A DNA stretch of 40,434 bases from Eubacteriales bacterium. Its GTDB lineage: Bacteria; Bacillota; Clostridia; Oscillospirales; CAG-272. Below the pieces are notes generated by a model that did not search any database, was not told the origin of the DNA, and saw only the letters and a program-made list of their open reading frames with translations. Below, piece after piece: positions 1 through 8,076 of this stretch (the stretch's first letter is position 1; every line of letters starts with the position of its first letter). The stretch is from the NCBI GenBank assembly GCA_045597185.1, contig JAZODV010000039.1, positions 1 to 40,434 of the forward strand, read 5' to 3'. Made by a program: the position numbers and the translations under genes.

Positions 1-159
1 GGTTCCCCGTCCTAAACGATGCTTTTCCGCTGTCTTCACCCGCTTTTTTCTTTGTGGCAAAAGGCGCAAAGAAAAAAGCTTGGCAAAAAAGAACACGCCG
101 AAATGGATGTTTCGCCTCTACGGAGGCGAGCGCCGATCGCGGCGGCTCCGGCAAGCCTT
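1..159. repeat. Partial inverted copy of the 273-669 palindromic element (runs off window edge)
   Basis: 1..159 is the reverse complement of 335..493 with 3 mismatches (aligned by hand); similarity stops inside the CAAGCCTT palindrome. Confidence 0.92.
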
Positions 160-219
160 ATCGCCGATAACGATATCGCTCTTACACCCGATCTTCTTGA
201 CTGATAGTAAGATCAATTA

Positions 220-262
220 AAGCAATGCCCCGCGCGGAAATTTTCCGCGCGGGGCATTGCTT
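220..262. terminator. Perfect 21-bp-arm GC-rich hairpin, probable intrinsic terminator
   Basis: AAGCAATGCCCCGCGCGGAAA-T-TTTCCGCGCGGGGCATTGCTT. Confidence 0.7.
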
Positions 263-272
263 ATGTATCCTT

Positions 273-669
273 CAAATTTTGATTTGTCGAACTGTTAGGC
301 GCGAAGCGTTTGAAGTTTCGCTCAAGCCTTTTTAAAGGCTTGTCGGAGCCGCCGCGATCGGCGGTCGCCTCCGGAGAGGCGAAACATCCATTTCGGCGTG
401 TTCTTTTTTGCCAAGCTTTTTTCTTTGCGCCTTTTGCCACAAAGAAAAAAGCGGGTGAAGACAGCGGAAAAGCATCGTTTAGGACGGGGAACCCCCCACT
501 TGTGTGGTTCCCCGAACCCCTCCGTGGCGCTTTTGGAGTCAGGGGTATTTCGCCCTCTGCGGAGGGCGACCAGCGCACGCGCGCTGGAGCAGCGGTCGCT
601 TTTTGCAAAAAGCGACGCAAAAACCTTCAAACGCTTCGCCCGAGCAGTGCGACAAATCCCAATTTGTCG
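273..669. mobile_element. Non-autonomous MITE/REPIN-like palindromic element
   Basis: Imperfect ~46-bp terminal inverted repeats (273-318 vs 621-666), many internal hairpins, a second copy at 1-159, and no credible ORF. Confidence 0.65.
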
Positions 670-744
670 AGTGCCTGTTTCCACAATTTGCAAGTGCTTT
701 CTTGTCGTACTCTGTAGAACTTTATCTCATCCTTGCATAATATG

Positions 745-775
745 GTAGTATCGGTGTTTGCCGATACTACTTTTT
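745..775 (+). promoter_or_regulatory. Dyad GTAGTATCGG-N6-CCGATACTAC followed by T5 upstream of the ZIP gene (operator or terminator)
   Basis: Perfect 10-bp inverted repeat directly after a TAATAT -10-like box (738-743) and before the RBS GAAAGGA. Confidence 0.45.
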
Positions 776-794
776 ATGAAAGGACAGAGTAAAT

Positions 795-1541
795 ATGCTA
801 CTTTGGGTATTCGTTGCCGCGGGGGTCATTGCCGCCGCGACTCTTATCGGAACTCTTATAGGTTACCTATTCAAAAATATAACTCAAAAACAAAACGATG
901 CCGTTATCGCTTTTTCCGCAGGCGTTATGCTTTCCGCGGCGGTCTTCGGACTAATTGAGCCGTCTCTCGACTTTGGCGGCCGTTTCGGCGTTTTTATCAC
1001 CGTTGCGGGCGTTTTTCTCGGCGCGGCGTTTCTGTGCCTTATAGATAAGCTCATACCGAAAATAAACGGTCTTGCATCCGACAAAAAGCAGGGAAGAGCG
1101 CTACTTTTTGCATCGGCTATTGCTATTCACCATCTTCCTGAAGGTGTTGCCGTCGGTGTCAGCTTTGGCACGGGTAACGTCTCGGACATTGCGATGGTGT
1201 GCGGAAGCATTGCGATACAGAATATTCCCGAGGCGGCTGTTATCATTTCTCCTATGCTTCAGAGTGGAATGAGCAAAAAGAAAACAGCCCTCGTCGCGCT
1301 TATCAGCGGCGGGGCTGAGATACTTGGTACTTTTTTCGGCTATTTTGCGGTCAGCGTTGCGACCTTTATAATGCCTGTTGCGTTAGCTTTTGCGGGAGGA
1401 AGTATGCTCTATATCATCGTTGATGAAATGATACCCGAAACACATTCCGAGAGCTATGGCAGAATGGCTACCTATTTAATGCTTGCGGGATTTTGCACGA
1501 TGCTTGTGTTTGACTTCGTCATAGGACTTGTAGCCGCCTGA
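795..1541 (+). CDS. ZIP family (ZupT/GufA-like) divalent metal transporter
   Basis: Hydrophobic 248 aa; FSAGVML, AIAIHHLPEGVAVG, IAIQNIPEA and EMIPETH motifs. Confidence 0.92.
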   Translation: MLLWVFVAAGVIAAATLIGTLIGYLFKNITQKQNDAVIAFSAGVMLSAAVFGLIEPSLDFGGRFGVFITVAGVFLGAAFLCLIDKLIPKINGLASDKKQGRALLFASAIAIHHLPEGVAVGVSFGTGNVSDIAMVCGSIAIQNIPEAAVIISPMLQSGMSKKKTALVALISGGAEILGTFFGYFAVSVATFIMPVALAFAGGSMLYIIVDEMIPETHSESYGRMATYLMLAGFCTMLVFDFVIGLVAA

Positions 1542-2251
1542 TAGAGATTTTCTCGTCCTCGTTTTCCGACTGTTATAACAAGACCGAGAGAACGGAGAAT
1601 ATTAAGACCGCCGTTTGCTCGGTTACGGTTCAGCTTTGATGCTTTTTCGAATTCCTTAAGTGTAAATTCTTCGTTAAGTCCGTCGGGTAGAAAAAAGAGG
1701 TAATCCTCGGGTAATGAAAAATTATACTCCTCAACAAGCTCAAGCGGAATTCGTTCGTGACGGCTGGAGCCGCGTTTGCCTCCGTTTGCCCAACCGTCAA
1801 GATTTCGGTATTCTTCCATGTTTATCATAAGTATAGACAGAGACACACGACTGTCTCTAAGAAATTCCTTTATTTTTGAAATTTCGTAAAGTCCATCGTG
1901 CGGTCTGCCGCATTTTGGACTTTTTCGTTTTTTTGATATCTCGCCGGTTTCTTTGTCTATCCAATACACCCATTTAAGATAGGGAAGAGGCAAAACTATT
2001 CTAACGGGCGCGACCTCTATAAGTCTCGGTAGCTTCTTTTTGAGCGCGAGAAAATTGCGCGTCTGTATTTCGGTTATTGTCTCACCGTCGTATATGTCTG
2101 CGACAAGCCTGCCTATCCTTACTTCTCTGTATTTTTCGTTAGGTTGAAGATAGCGCTTTATTACCGAATGAAGCGTTTTTTCACCGAGTGTTCCGACACC
2201 CGAATCGTTCGATGTCTCGTTTATCGCTTCTTTAAATCTTGTCTTATTCAT
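1472..2251 (-). CDS. Conserved hypothetical protein, possible PD-(D/E)XK nuclease-like fold
   Basis: 259-aa ORF; GTLGEKTLH...ADI...EIQT pattern resembles restriction-like nuclease cores; start overlaps the upstream PPase stop. Confidence 0.6.
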   Translation of the reverse strand: MNKTRFKEAINETSNDSGVGTLGEKTLHSVIKRYLQPNEKYREVRIGRLVADIYDGETITEIQTRNFLALKKKLPRLIEVAPVRIVLPLPYLKWVYWIDKETGEISKKRKSPKCGRPHDGLYEISKIKEFLRDSRVSLSILMINMEEYRNLDGWANGGKRGSSRHERIPLELVEEYNFSLPEDYLFFLPDGLNEEFTLKEFEKASKLNRNRANGGLNILRSLGLVITVGKRGRENLYQAATSPMTKSNTSIVQNPASIK

Positions 2252-2615
2252 TATAAAGCTCTATCTGCGTTTTGTAGTATTTTTCTTGAAAATACACGGT
2301 GCTTTCTATTTCTTCCTTAGTGAAGCACATTCCTTCGGGCGCTGCGACAAGCTTATCCTCAACGTCGTTTTCACGGAAAACGATTGCGATGACACTACAC
2401 ACAAAGCTTTCTACAGGCTCACTCACTCCGAGCAGATAGACGTCAAGCTCCTCTCCGTCGCCGCCTATAATCCCCGGAATATAGCCGTAATTTATGGGAT
2501 AGTTAAGCACTTTAGCGCCTTTTTTGTGTATATATCCGATGGGTCTGTCTATTTTTATTTCAATTCTTTTTCCGAGGTATCCGCGCACAAGGCTTTTTCT
2601 TTCGTTATCTGTCAT
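2244..2615 (-). CDS. Small inorganic pyrophosphatase-like protein (family I)
   Basis: IDRPIG, YPINYGYIPG, DGEELDVY and EDKLV motifs; start set at 2615 by RBS spacing (ORF track gives 2627). Confidence 0.8.
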   Translation of the reverse strand: MTDNERKSLVRGYLGKRIEIKIDRPIGYIHKKGAKVLNYPINYGYIPGIIGGDGEELDVYLLGVSEPVESFVCSVIAIVFRENDVEDKLVAAPEGMCFTKEEIESTVYFQEKYYKTQIELYNE

Positions 2616-2695
2616 ATACGTATTCATCCTTTCAAAAAGGTCATATTAATTATAACAAAAAAGCACCGTTTTTTCAAGAGTTTGGCGCGAATTAC

Positions 2696-2724
2696 TTGAC
2701 GAAACCCTTGCTATAAGCTATAAT
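2696..2724 (+). promoter_or_regulatory. sigmaA-type promoter
   Basis: TTGACG-N17-TATAAT. Confidence 0.75.
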
Positions 2725-2753
2725 ATAACTAATCATATTAACGAAAGAGATAA

Positions 2754-3884
2754 ATGGGTCATATGCAATTTGTAGCACCGTGTATGTTTGGTCTTGAGCG
2801 TTTCGTCGGCGAGGAAATCGATGCGCTTGGACTAAAACGCACCGAAACAATAGACGGACGCGTTATGTTTGAGGGTACTCCGTACGACGTGGCGCGCGCA
2901 AATATTAATCTAAGATGCGCCGAAAGAGTGCTGATTTGTGTTGGCACGTTTGAGGCACGCACCTTTACCGATCTTTTTGACGGAGTAAAGTCCCTTCCGT
3001 GGGAATATTATATAGGCAAAAAGGACGCTTTTCCCGTAAAGGGTCACGCGATAAAAAGTACGCTCTATTCTGTGCCCGACTGTCAGAGCATAATAAAAAA
3101 AGCCGTTGTGGAGCGTCTTTCGTCAAAATACGGCATCAAGTGGTTTGAGGAAAGCGGAAATCTGTGTCAGATAGAATTTTTTATTCTTAAAGATAAGGTT
3201 CAGGTGATGATAGACACGTCGGGTGTCGGACTTCACAAAAGAGGCTACAGACCTGCGGCAGGTGCGGCACCGCTTCGTGAAACGCTCGCGGCAGCTATAG
3301 TGCTGACATCGCGCCCGAGAGAAAATGTTTTGCTTTGGGATCCCTTCTGCGGTTCCGGCACGATACCAATAGAGGCGGTTATGATAATGACGAAACGCGC
3401 CCCGGGGCTTAATCGCGGATTTGCCGCCGAAAAGTATGATTTTCTGCCGAAAAATATATGGATACAGGCAAGGGAAGAGGCTCGCGGCAATATTGATGAT
3501 AGTTCTGCGTTTGAGGCATACGGCAGTGATATTGACAGAGACGTTCTCGAATATGCCAAAGCGAACGCGGTAAGGGCAGGCGTTGAGGGTCATATAAAGT
3601 TCTTCCGAGCCGACGCCACAAAAATAACAAAGCCCGAGGACATACGAGGAACTATAGTATGTAATCCGCAGGACGGTGAAAGACTTCTGACACAGACGGA
3701 CGTGGAAAAGCTATACATAAATATGGGAAATAATTTTGCAAAGCTGTCTCCGTGGCAGATATATATACTTTCGTCCTGTATGAATTTTGAAAAGTTATAT
3801 GGCAAACGCGCCGACAAGGTAAGAAAGCTTTATAACGGGATGATACCGTGTAATCTTTATCAGTATTTTAAATCACAAAGGTAA
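2754..3884 (+). CDS. THUMP-domain class I SAM-dependent RNA methyltransferase (RlmL N-terminal/YpsC-like)
   Basis: LHKRGYR, APLRETLAAA and DPFCGSGTIPIEA motifs; NPPY motif reads NPQD. Confidence 0.9.
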   Translation: MGHMQFVAPCMFGLERFVGEEIDALGLKRTETIDGRVMFEGTPYDVARANINLRCAERVLICVGTFEARTFTDLFDGVKSLPWEYYIGKKDAFPVKGHAIKSTLYSVPDCQSIIKKAVVERLSSKYGIKWFEESGNLCQIEFFILKDKVQVMIDTSGVGLHKRGYRPAAGAAPLRETLAAAIVLTSRPRENVLLWDPFCGSGTIPIEAVMIMTKRAPGLNRGFAAEKYDFLPKNIWIQAREEARGNIDDSSAFEAYGSDIDRDVLEYAKANAVRAGVEGHIKFFRADATKITKPEDIRGTIVCNPQDGERLLTQTDVEKLYINMGNNFAKLSPWQIYILSSCMNFEKLYGKRADKVRKLYNGMIPCNLYQYFKSQR

Positions 3885-3897
3885 GAGAGGCGTTGAA

Positions 3898-4674
3898 GTG
3901 AAGATCGGATTTCTTGATTCTGGAATAGGAGGACTTTCGGTTCTTCTTAATGCACAAAAAGCGATACCCGATGCAGACTTTTTATACTACGCTGACAGCG
4001 ACAACGCGCCGTACGGTGAGAAGACCGAGGGGGAAGTATGTAAATACGTTTTTTGTGCGGTCGATTTTCTTATAAAAAACGGAGCTGACGCCATAGTTAT
4101 AGCCTGTAATACTGCGACAAGTGTAGCCGTAGCCAAGCTTCGCGAACGGTATGATATTCCTATTATAGGTATGGAGCCTGCCGTCAAGCGCGCGCTTGAT
4201 TTTTCTGCCGAGGGAAGAATAATCGTGACAGGAACACCGATCACTCTAAACGGCGACAAGCTGAGGCTTCTTATCGGTGAGCTTGACAAATCTCACGTAG
4301 TTGACCTCCTTCCGCTCCCGGGGCTTGTAAAATTCGCGGAAAAATACAGGTTTGAAGGTGACGACATAACGGCATACATAAAAGATGCTTTTAACGGATT
4401 CAATCTTGAGGATTATTCCTTCCTTGTGCTTGGCTGTACGCATTTTAATTATTTCAAGGATACGCTAAGAAAGGTACTGCCCGACCGCATACGGTTTGTT
4501 GACGGAAACGAAGGAACGGTACGTCAGCTTATAAGACGTATTGGCAGTTGTGCTGGAACAAGAAACGGTGAAACGCGGTACTTTATATCGGGACGTAAAA
4601 TTGATTCAAAAGAAGAGCTGCACAGAATAGAAGTGTTTATGAAACGGCTTGACTTGATGTATGAAATAAACTAA
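3898..4674 (+). CDS. murI: Glutamate racemase
   Basis: DSGIGGLSV, PYGEK, ACNTA and LGCTHF catalytic Cys motifs. Confidence 0.92.
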   Translation: MKIGFLDSGIGGLSVLLNAQKAIPDADFLYYADSDNAPYGEKTEGEVCKYVFCAVDFLIKNGADAIVIACNTATSVAVAKLRERYDIPIIGMEPAVKRALDFSAEGRIIVTGTPITLNGDKLRLLIGELDKSHVVDLLPLPGLVKFAEKYRFEGDDITAYIKDAFNGFNLEDYSFLVLGCTHFNYFKDTLRKVLPDRIRFVDGNEGTVRQLIRRIGSCAGTRNGETRYFISGRKIDSKEELHRIEVFMKRLDLMYEIN

Positions 4675-4704
4675 AAAACACTTACGGTTTCGTAAGTGTT
4701 TTTT
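4673..4704. terminator. Bidirectional intrinsic terminator
   Basis: AAAAAACACTTACG-GTTT-CGTAAGTGTTTTTT between convergent genes. Confidence 0.8.
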
Positions 4705-5323
4705 ACATATACGGATTCAGCATATATCCACGTTTTGTATGTATTATCAGCTTTCTGTCAATTATGGCAAAAGCCTTTTTATTAACGGTACAAATATGTG
4801 TTGATAAGCAATTATTGCTGATTTTCAAAAGCTCAGAGAATGTTTCATAAACGATAGGGTTTTCTTTAGACGAAACGAGAAACTTAACTATAGCGTAGTC
4901 GGTTTTTGATAGAGAAAGAGGATAACCGAGAAGTCTGATGTTGCGGCTTTTTTGCTCAAATTTCAGCACACCGTACGAAGTTGAAAAAGAAAAACATCTG
5001 TGTATAATTTGCTTAAATATATTTTCGTCACATGGAATCGTAATTTGTCGATCAATTCCCTCGATCTCCCTGAATCTCGTGGATCCTTTGACAGCAACGG
5101 CTATGTTTGCAAATGGAATTTTATCGTGGATACCTTCACATATACGTTCAACGTCTGAACGTGACGCTTCATCAAGAAAAATGAGAAAGTTTTTTATTTT
5201 CAAATCTTTAAAAAATTCTATTTTGGAGTCATAAACGAAGAAAAGAGGTATTATTCCAATCTCTGAAAGTGCTTTTTTAATAAAAATATTAAAATCGGAA
5301 TTGTGTGAATATACAGCTATCAA
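4703..5323 (-). CDS. Degenerate receiver plus OmpR-like winged-helix regulator
   Basis: C-terminal LSKTDYAIVKFL...LSTHICTVNKK...IIHTKRGYML resembles the OmpR/PhoB DNA-binding domain; has RBS AAGGAG and its own promoter. Confidence 0.55.
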   Translation of the reverse strand: MIAVYSHNSDFNIFIKKALSEIGIIPLFFVYDSKIEFFKDLKIKNFLIFLDEASRSDVERICEGIHDKIPFANIAVAVKGSTRFREIEGIDRQITIPCDENIFKQIIHRCFSFSTSYGVLKFEQKSRNIRLLGYPLSLSKTDYAIVKFLVSSKENPIVYETFSELLKISNNCLSTHICTVNKKAFAIIDRKLIIHTKRGYMLNPYM

Positions 5324-5351
5324 AAATATATCTCCTTTAAAATTTTATAAA

Positions 5352-5380
5352 ATTTTATCATTTTTATGCGAAAATGTCAA
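5352..5380 (-). promoter_or_regulatory. sigmaA-type promoter for the winged-helix gene
   Basis: Minus strand TTGACA-N17-TAAAAT with TG extension. Confidence 0.7.
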
Positions 5381-5430
5381 TATACAATAGTTTATTATAT
5401 AAATAATGGCAATAAATTTCACCTTGTTAC

Positions 5431-5459
5431 TTGACAAAATTAAACAATTATTGTATAAT
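5431..5459 (+). promoter_or_regulatory. sigmaA promoter of rny
   Basis: Perfect TTGACA-N17-TATAAT. Confidence 0.85.
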
Positions 5460-5537
5460 TGTAAAAGAATTCAATAGAATGCCTAGAATATGCGTTTTTG
5501 CGAATTACATAGTTTTGATAAAAAAAGGAGGTGCTGA

Positions 5538-7088
5538 ATGGGAGTGTATATAGCCATTGCCGCGATCGCAGGTCTGGTCTTAGGTGTTGGCGGAGGGGTT
5601 TTTTGCGGCATCGCATACCGTAAAAAGATTGCGGAGAAAGAAATAGGCTCTGCCGAACAACAAGCTAAGAAGCTTATCTCTGACGGTGAAAAACAGGCGG
5701 AAACTTTGAAAAAAGAAGCCTTACTTGAAGCAAAAGAGGATATTCTTCGTCAGCGAAATGAAGCCGACAGAGAGATCAAGGAACGCCGTTCCGAGGTCAC
5801 CCGAATGGAACGCAGGTTGACTCAAAAGGAAGAATCGCTTGACAAAAAGACGGAGCAGCTTGAACGTAAGAACGAGCAGCTTGACAAGAGCATTCACGAA
5901 AATGAGCTCGAGCGCGCGGAAATTGAAAAAGTGCTTAAACAGCATTTGAAGACTCTTGAAAATCTTTCGGGAATTTCGGTTGAAGATGCAAAGGCACAGC
6001 TCTTCGAACGTGTGGAGTCCGAAACACGTTACGAATTGGCACAAAGAATGGTTGAACTTGAAGAAGAGTTCAAGGAAGAGGCGGACGCAAAGGCGAGAAA
6101 CATAATTTCTCTTGCAATACAGCGTACTGCCGCAGATCAGGTCGTTGAGTCGACTATTTCGGTCGTTAATCTGCCGAGTGAGGAGATGAAGGGTCGAATT
6201 ATCGGACGAGAGGGACGTAACATACAGAAGATCGAAACACTTACGGGTGTCGAGCTTATAATTGATGATACCCCCGAAGCAATTACTCTTTCGGGATTTG
6301 ATCCTGTAAGACGTGAGATAGCAAGACTTGCTCTTGAAAAGCTCATTTCGGACGGAAGAATTCATCCCGCAAGAATTGAAGAAATGGTAGCGAAAGCAAC
6401 GCATGAGGTCGAAGCCGCCGTAAAGCAGGCGGGAGAGAGAGCGACGTTTGAGGTCGGTGTTCACGGAATCAATGCCGAGCTTGTAAGACTTCTCGGAAGA
6501 CTTCGCTACAGACAGAGCTACGGACAGAACGTGCTTAAGCACTCTGTTGAAGTTGCATTCCTTGCAGGAATAATGGCTGATGAGCTTGGGCTTGACAGTA
6601 CACTTGCAAGACGCGCGGGACTTTTACATGATATCGGTAAAGCGTTTCCGCACGATGTTGAAGGCTCACATGTTGAAATTGGTGTAAACGCCGCTAAAAA
6701 GTATAAAGAAAGCCGCGAGGTAGTTCATGCTATTGAGGCACATCACAACGACGTTGAACCCAAAACCATTATTGCTATACTTGTACAGGCGGCAGACGCG
6801 ATTTCGGCTGCAAGACCGGGCGCAAGAAGAGAAGACCTTGAAAATTATATCAAGCGTCTTGAAAAGCTCGAGGAAATAGCAGTAAGCTTTGAAGGCGTTG
6901 AGAAAGCGTTCGCAATCCAGGCGGGACGTGAGCTTCGTGTTATGGTAAAACCCGAAGACGTCAACGACGAATCCATGAAGATCATTGCACGAGATATGGC
7001 TCAGAAGATAAAGAATGAGGTCAAGTACCCAGGACAGATCAAGATAAATGTTATCAGGGAAAGCCGAGCCGTTGATTATGCAAAATAA
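5538..7088 (+). CDS. rny: Ribonuclease Y
   Basis: N-terminal TM helix, coiled coil, KH ([12 protein letters not shown]), HD (LLHDIGK) and [14 protein letters not shown]; RBS AAGGAGGT. Confidence 0.97.
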   Translation: MGVYIAIAAIAGLVLGVGGGVFCGIAYRKKIAEKEIGSAEQQAKKLISDGEKQAETLKKEALLEAKEDILRQRNEADREIKERRSEVTRMERRLTQKEESLDKKTEQLERKNEQLDKSIHENELERAEIEKVLKQHLKTLENLSGISVEDAKAQLFERVESETRYELAQRMVELEEEFKEEADAKARNIISLAIQRTAADQVVESTISVVNLPSEEMKGRIIGREGRNIQKIETLTGVELIIDDTPEAITLSGFDPVRREIARLALEKLISDGRIHPARIEEMVAKATHEVEAAVKQAGERATFEVGVHGINAELVRLLGRLRYRQSYGQNVLKHSVEVAFLAGIMADELGLDSTLARRAGLLHDIGKAFPHDVEGSHVEIGVNAAKKYKESREVVHAIEAHHNDVEPKTIIAILVQAADAISAARPGARREDLENYIKRLEKLEEIAVSFEGVEKAFAIQAGRELRVMVKPEDVNDESMKIIARDMAQKIKNEVKYPGQIKINVIRESRAVDYAK

Positions 7089-7189
7089 TCACTCGTATTC
7101 ACAAAGAACGTCATTTGACGTGATGATATATATAATATAAAGTCACGATTGATATGTCCGCGGAAGCTCCGCGTTGTGTATATAGAGAA

Positions 7190-7231
7190 GAGGGTGAGTC
7201 AAATGCATTTTTTTGCATTTGACTCACCCTC
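7190..7231. terminator. Perfect 18-bp hairpin, probable terminator between rny and the PAP2 gene
   Basis: GAGGGTGAGTCAAATGCA-T6-TGCATTTGACTCACCCTC. Confidence 0.6.
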
Positions 7232-7368
7232 AACGTTTTTGCTTGACGGTTAAACACCGTCATTTTTGCCTTTATAAAGGCAAAAAACGCAAATTCCGAG
7301 CGACAAAAAAGTCTAACGTCGACTTTTTTGCGCGGGGGGCTTCGTTAATGACTCAGCCCCGATTCTTT

Positions 7369-7950
7369 TTAATCGGCGATTTTATTTTTTGATATTTTTT
7401 TAGATATCATGTCGATAATAAAATTAGTAAGAAAATACGCTCCGATTCCGTAAGCTACGCCGAGAATGAGTCCGCCAAAAACGTCGGTAGGATAGTGAAT
7501 GTAAAAATACAGCCTTGAAAATCCGATAAGAGTAGCAAGTGCCAAAGCAAACGAACCGTATTTTTTATTGCGCATAAACAATGCGGTTGCCGCTGCAAAC
7601 GAAACTGAGGTGTGACCCGAAGGAAAGGATGCGTCGTGCGGTTTCTGTATAAGTATCTCAATCTCTCGCCCAAAATGTTCAAGGGCATAGACCCAAGGGC
7701 GTGGTCGGTCAATAAGTGGCTTTAACAAAAGATTTGTAAATATCAATGAAAAAATCAAAGAGCAAGCCATAGTTATTCCGATAATACGAGTTTTCTTGAA
7801 AAATAGCAGGATTAGGGCAAGAGCTATCCAAAACCAACCCTTGTCTCCAAGAAACGATATAAATTCCATTATTGGGTTCAGAAAATTTGCGGTGAGATGT
7901 TCGCTGATAAAATCGTTGATCGCGAAATCGACCGAATAAACGAAATCCAT
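7369..7950 (-). CDS. PAP2 family phosphatase (undecaprenyl-pyrophosphate phosphatase-like)
   Basis: KPLIDRPRP, SFPSGH and SRLYFYIHYPTDV motifs; start 7950 after RBS AAGGAG. Confidence 0.9.
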   Translation of the reverse strand: MDFVYSVDFAINDFISEHLTANFLNPIMEFISFLGDKGWFWIALALILLFFKKTRIIGITMACSLIFSLIFTNLLLKPLIDRPRPWVYALEHFGREIEILIQKPHDASFPSGHTSVSFAAATALFMRNKKYGSFALALATLIGFSRLYFYIHYPTDVFGGLILGVAYGIGAYFLTNFIIDMISKKISKNKIAD

Positions 7951-8018
7951 TTGTGACTCCTTTGGCGTATATAATGTTAATATAATATCATAAAAACGAA
8001 AATAAATCAATATCACTA

Positions 8019-8047
8019 TTGCGATTTTAAAGAAAATGTGATAGAAT
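8019..8047 (+). promoter_or_regulatory. sigmaA-type promoter
   Basis: TTGCGA-N17-TAGAAT with TG extension. Confidence 0.6.
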
Positions 8048-8076
8048 TAGTGTACGTTAAATTGGAAGTGAAGGAT

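Noticed and set aside
19-958. Overlapping short ORFs (61-135 aa) across the first kilobase
   Set aside because: They span the palindromic repeat or overlap the ZIP gene, lack RBSs and show no recognisable domains
5721-6542. 273-aa antisense ORF inside rny, and similar antisense ORFs in ligA, sigF and glgP
   Set aside because: Shadow frames of highly conserved genes with no independent signals
7154-7222. 22-codon ORF MSAEAPRCVYREEGESNAFFCI after rny
   Set aside because: No RBS, and it runs through the 18-bp hairpin
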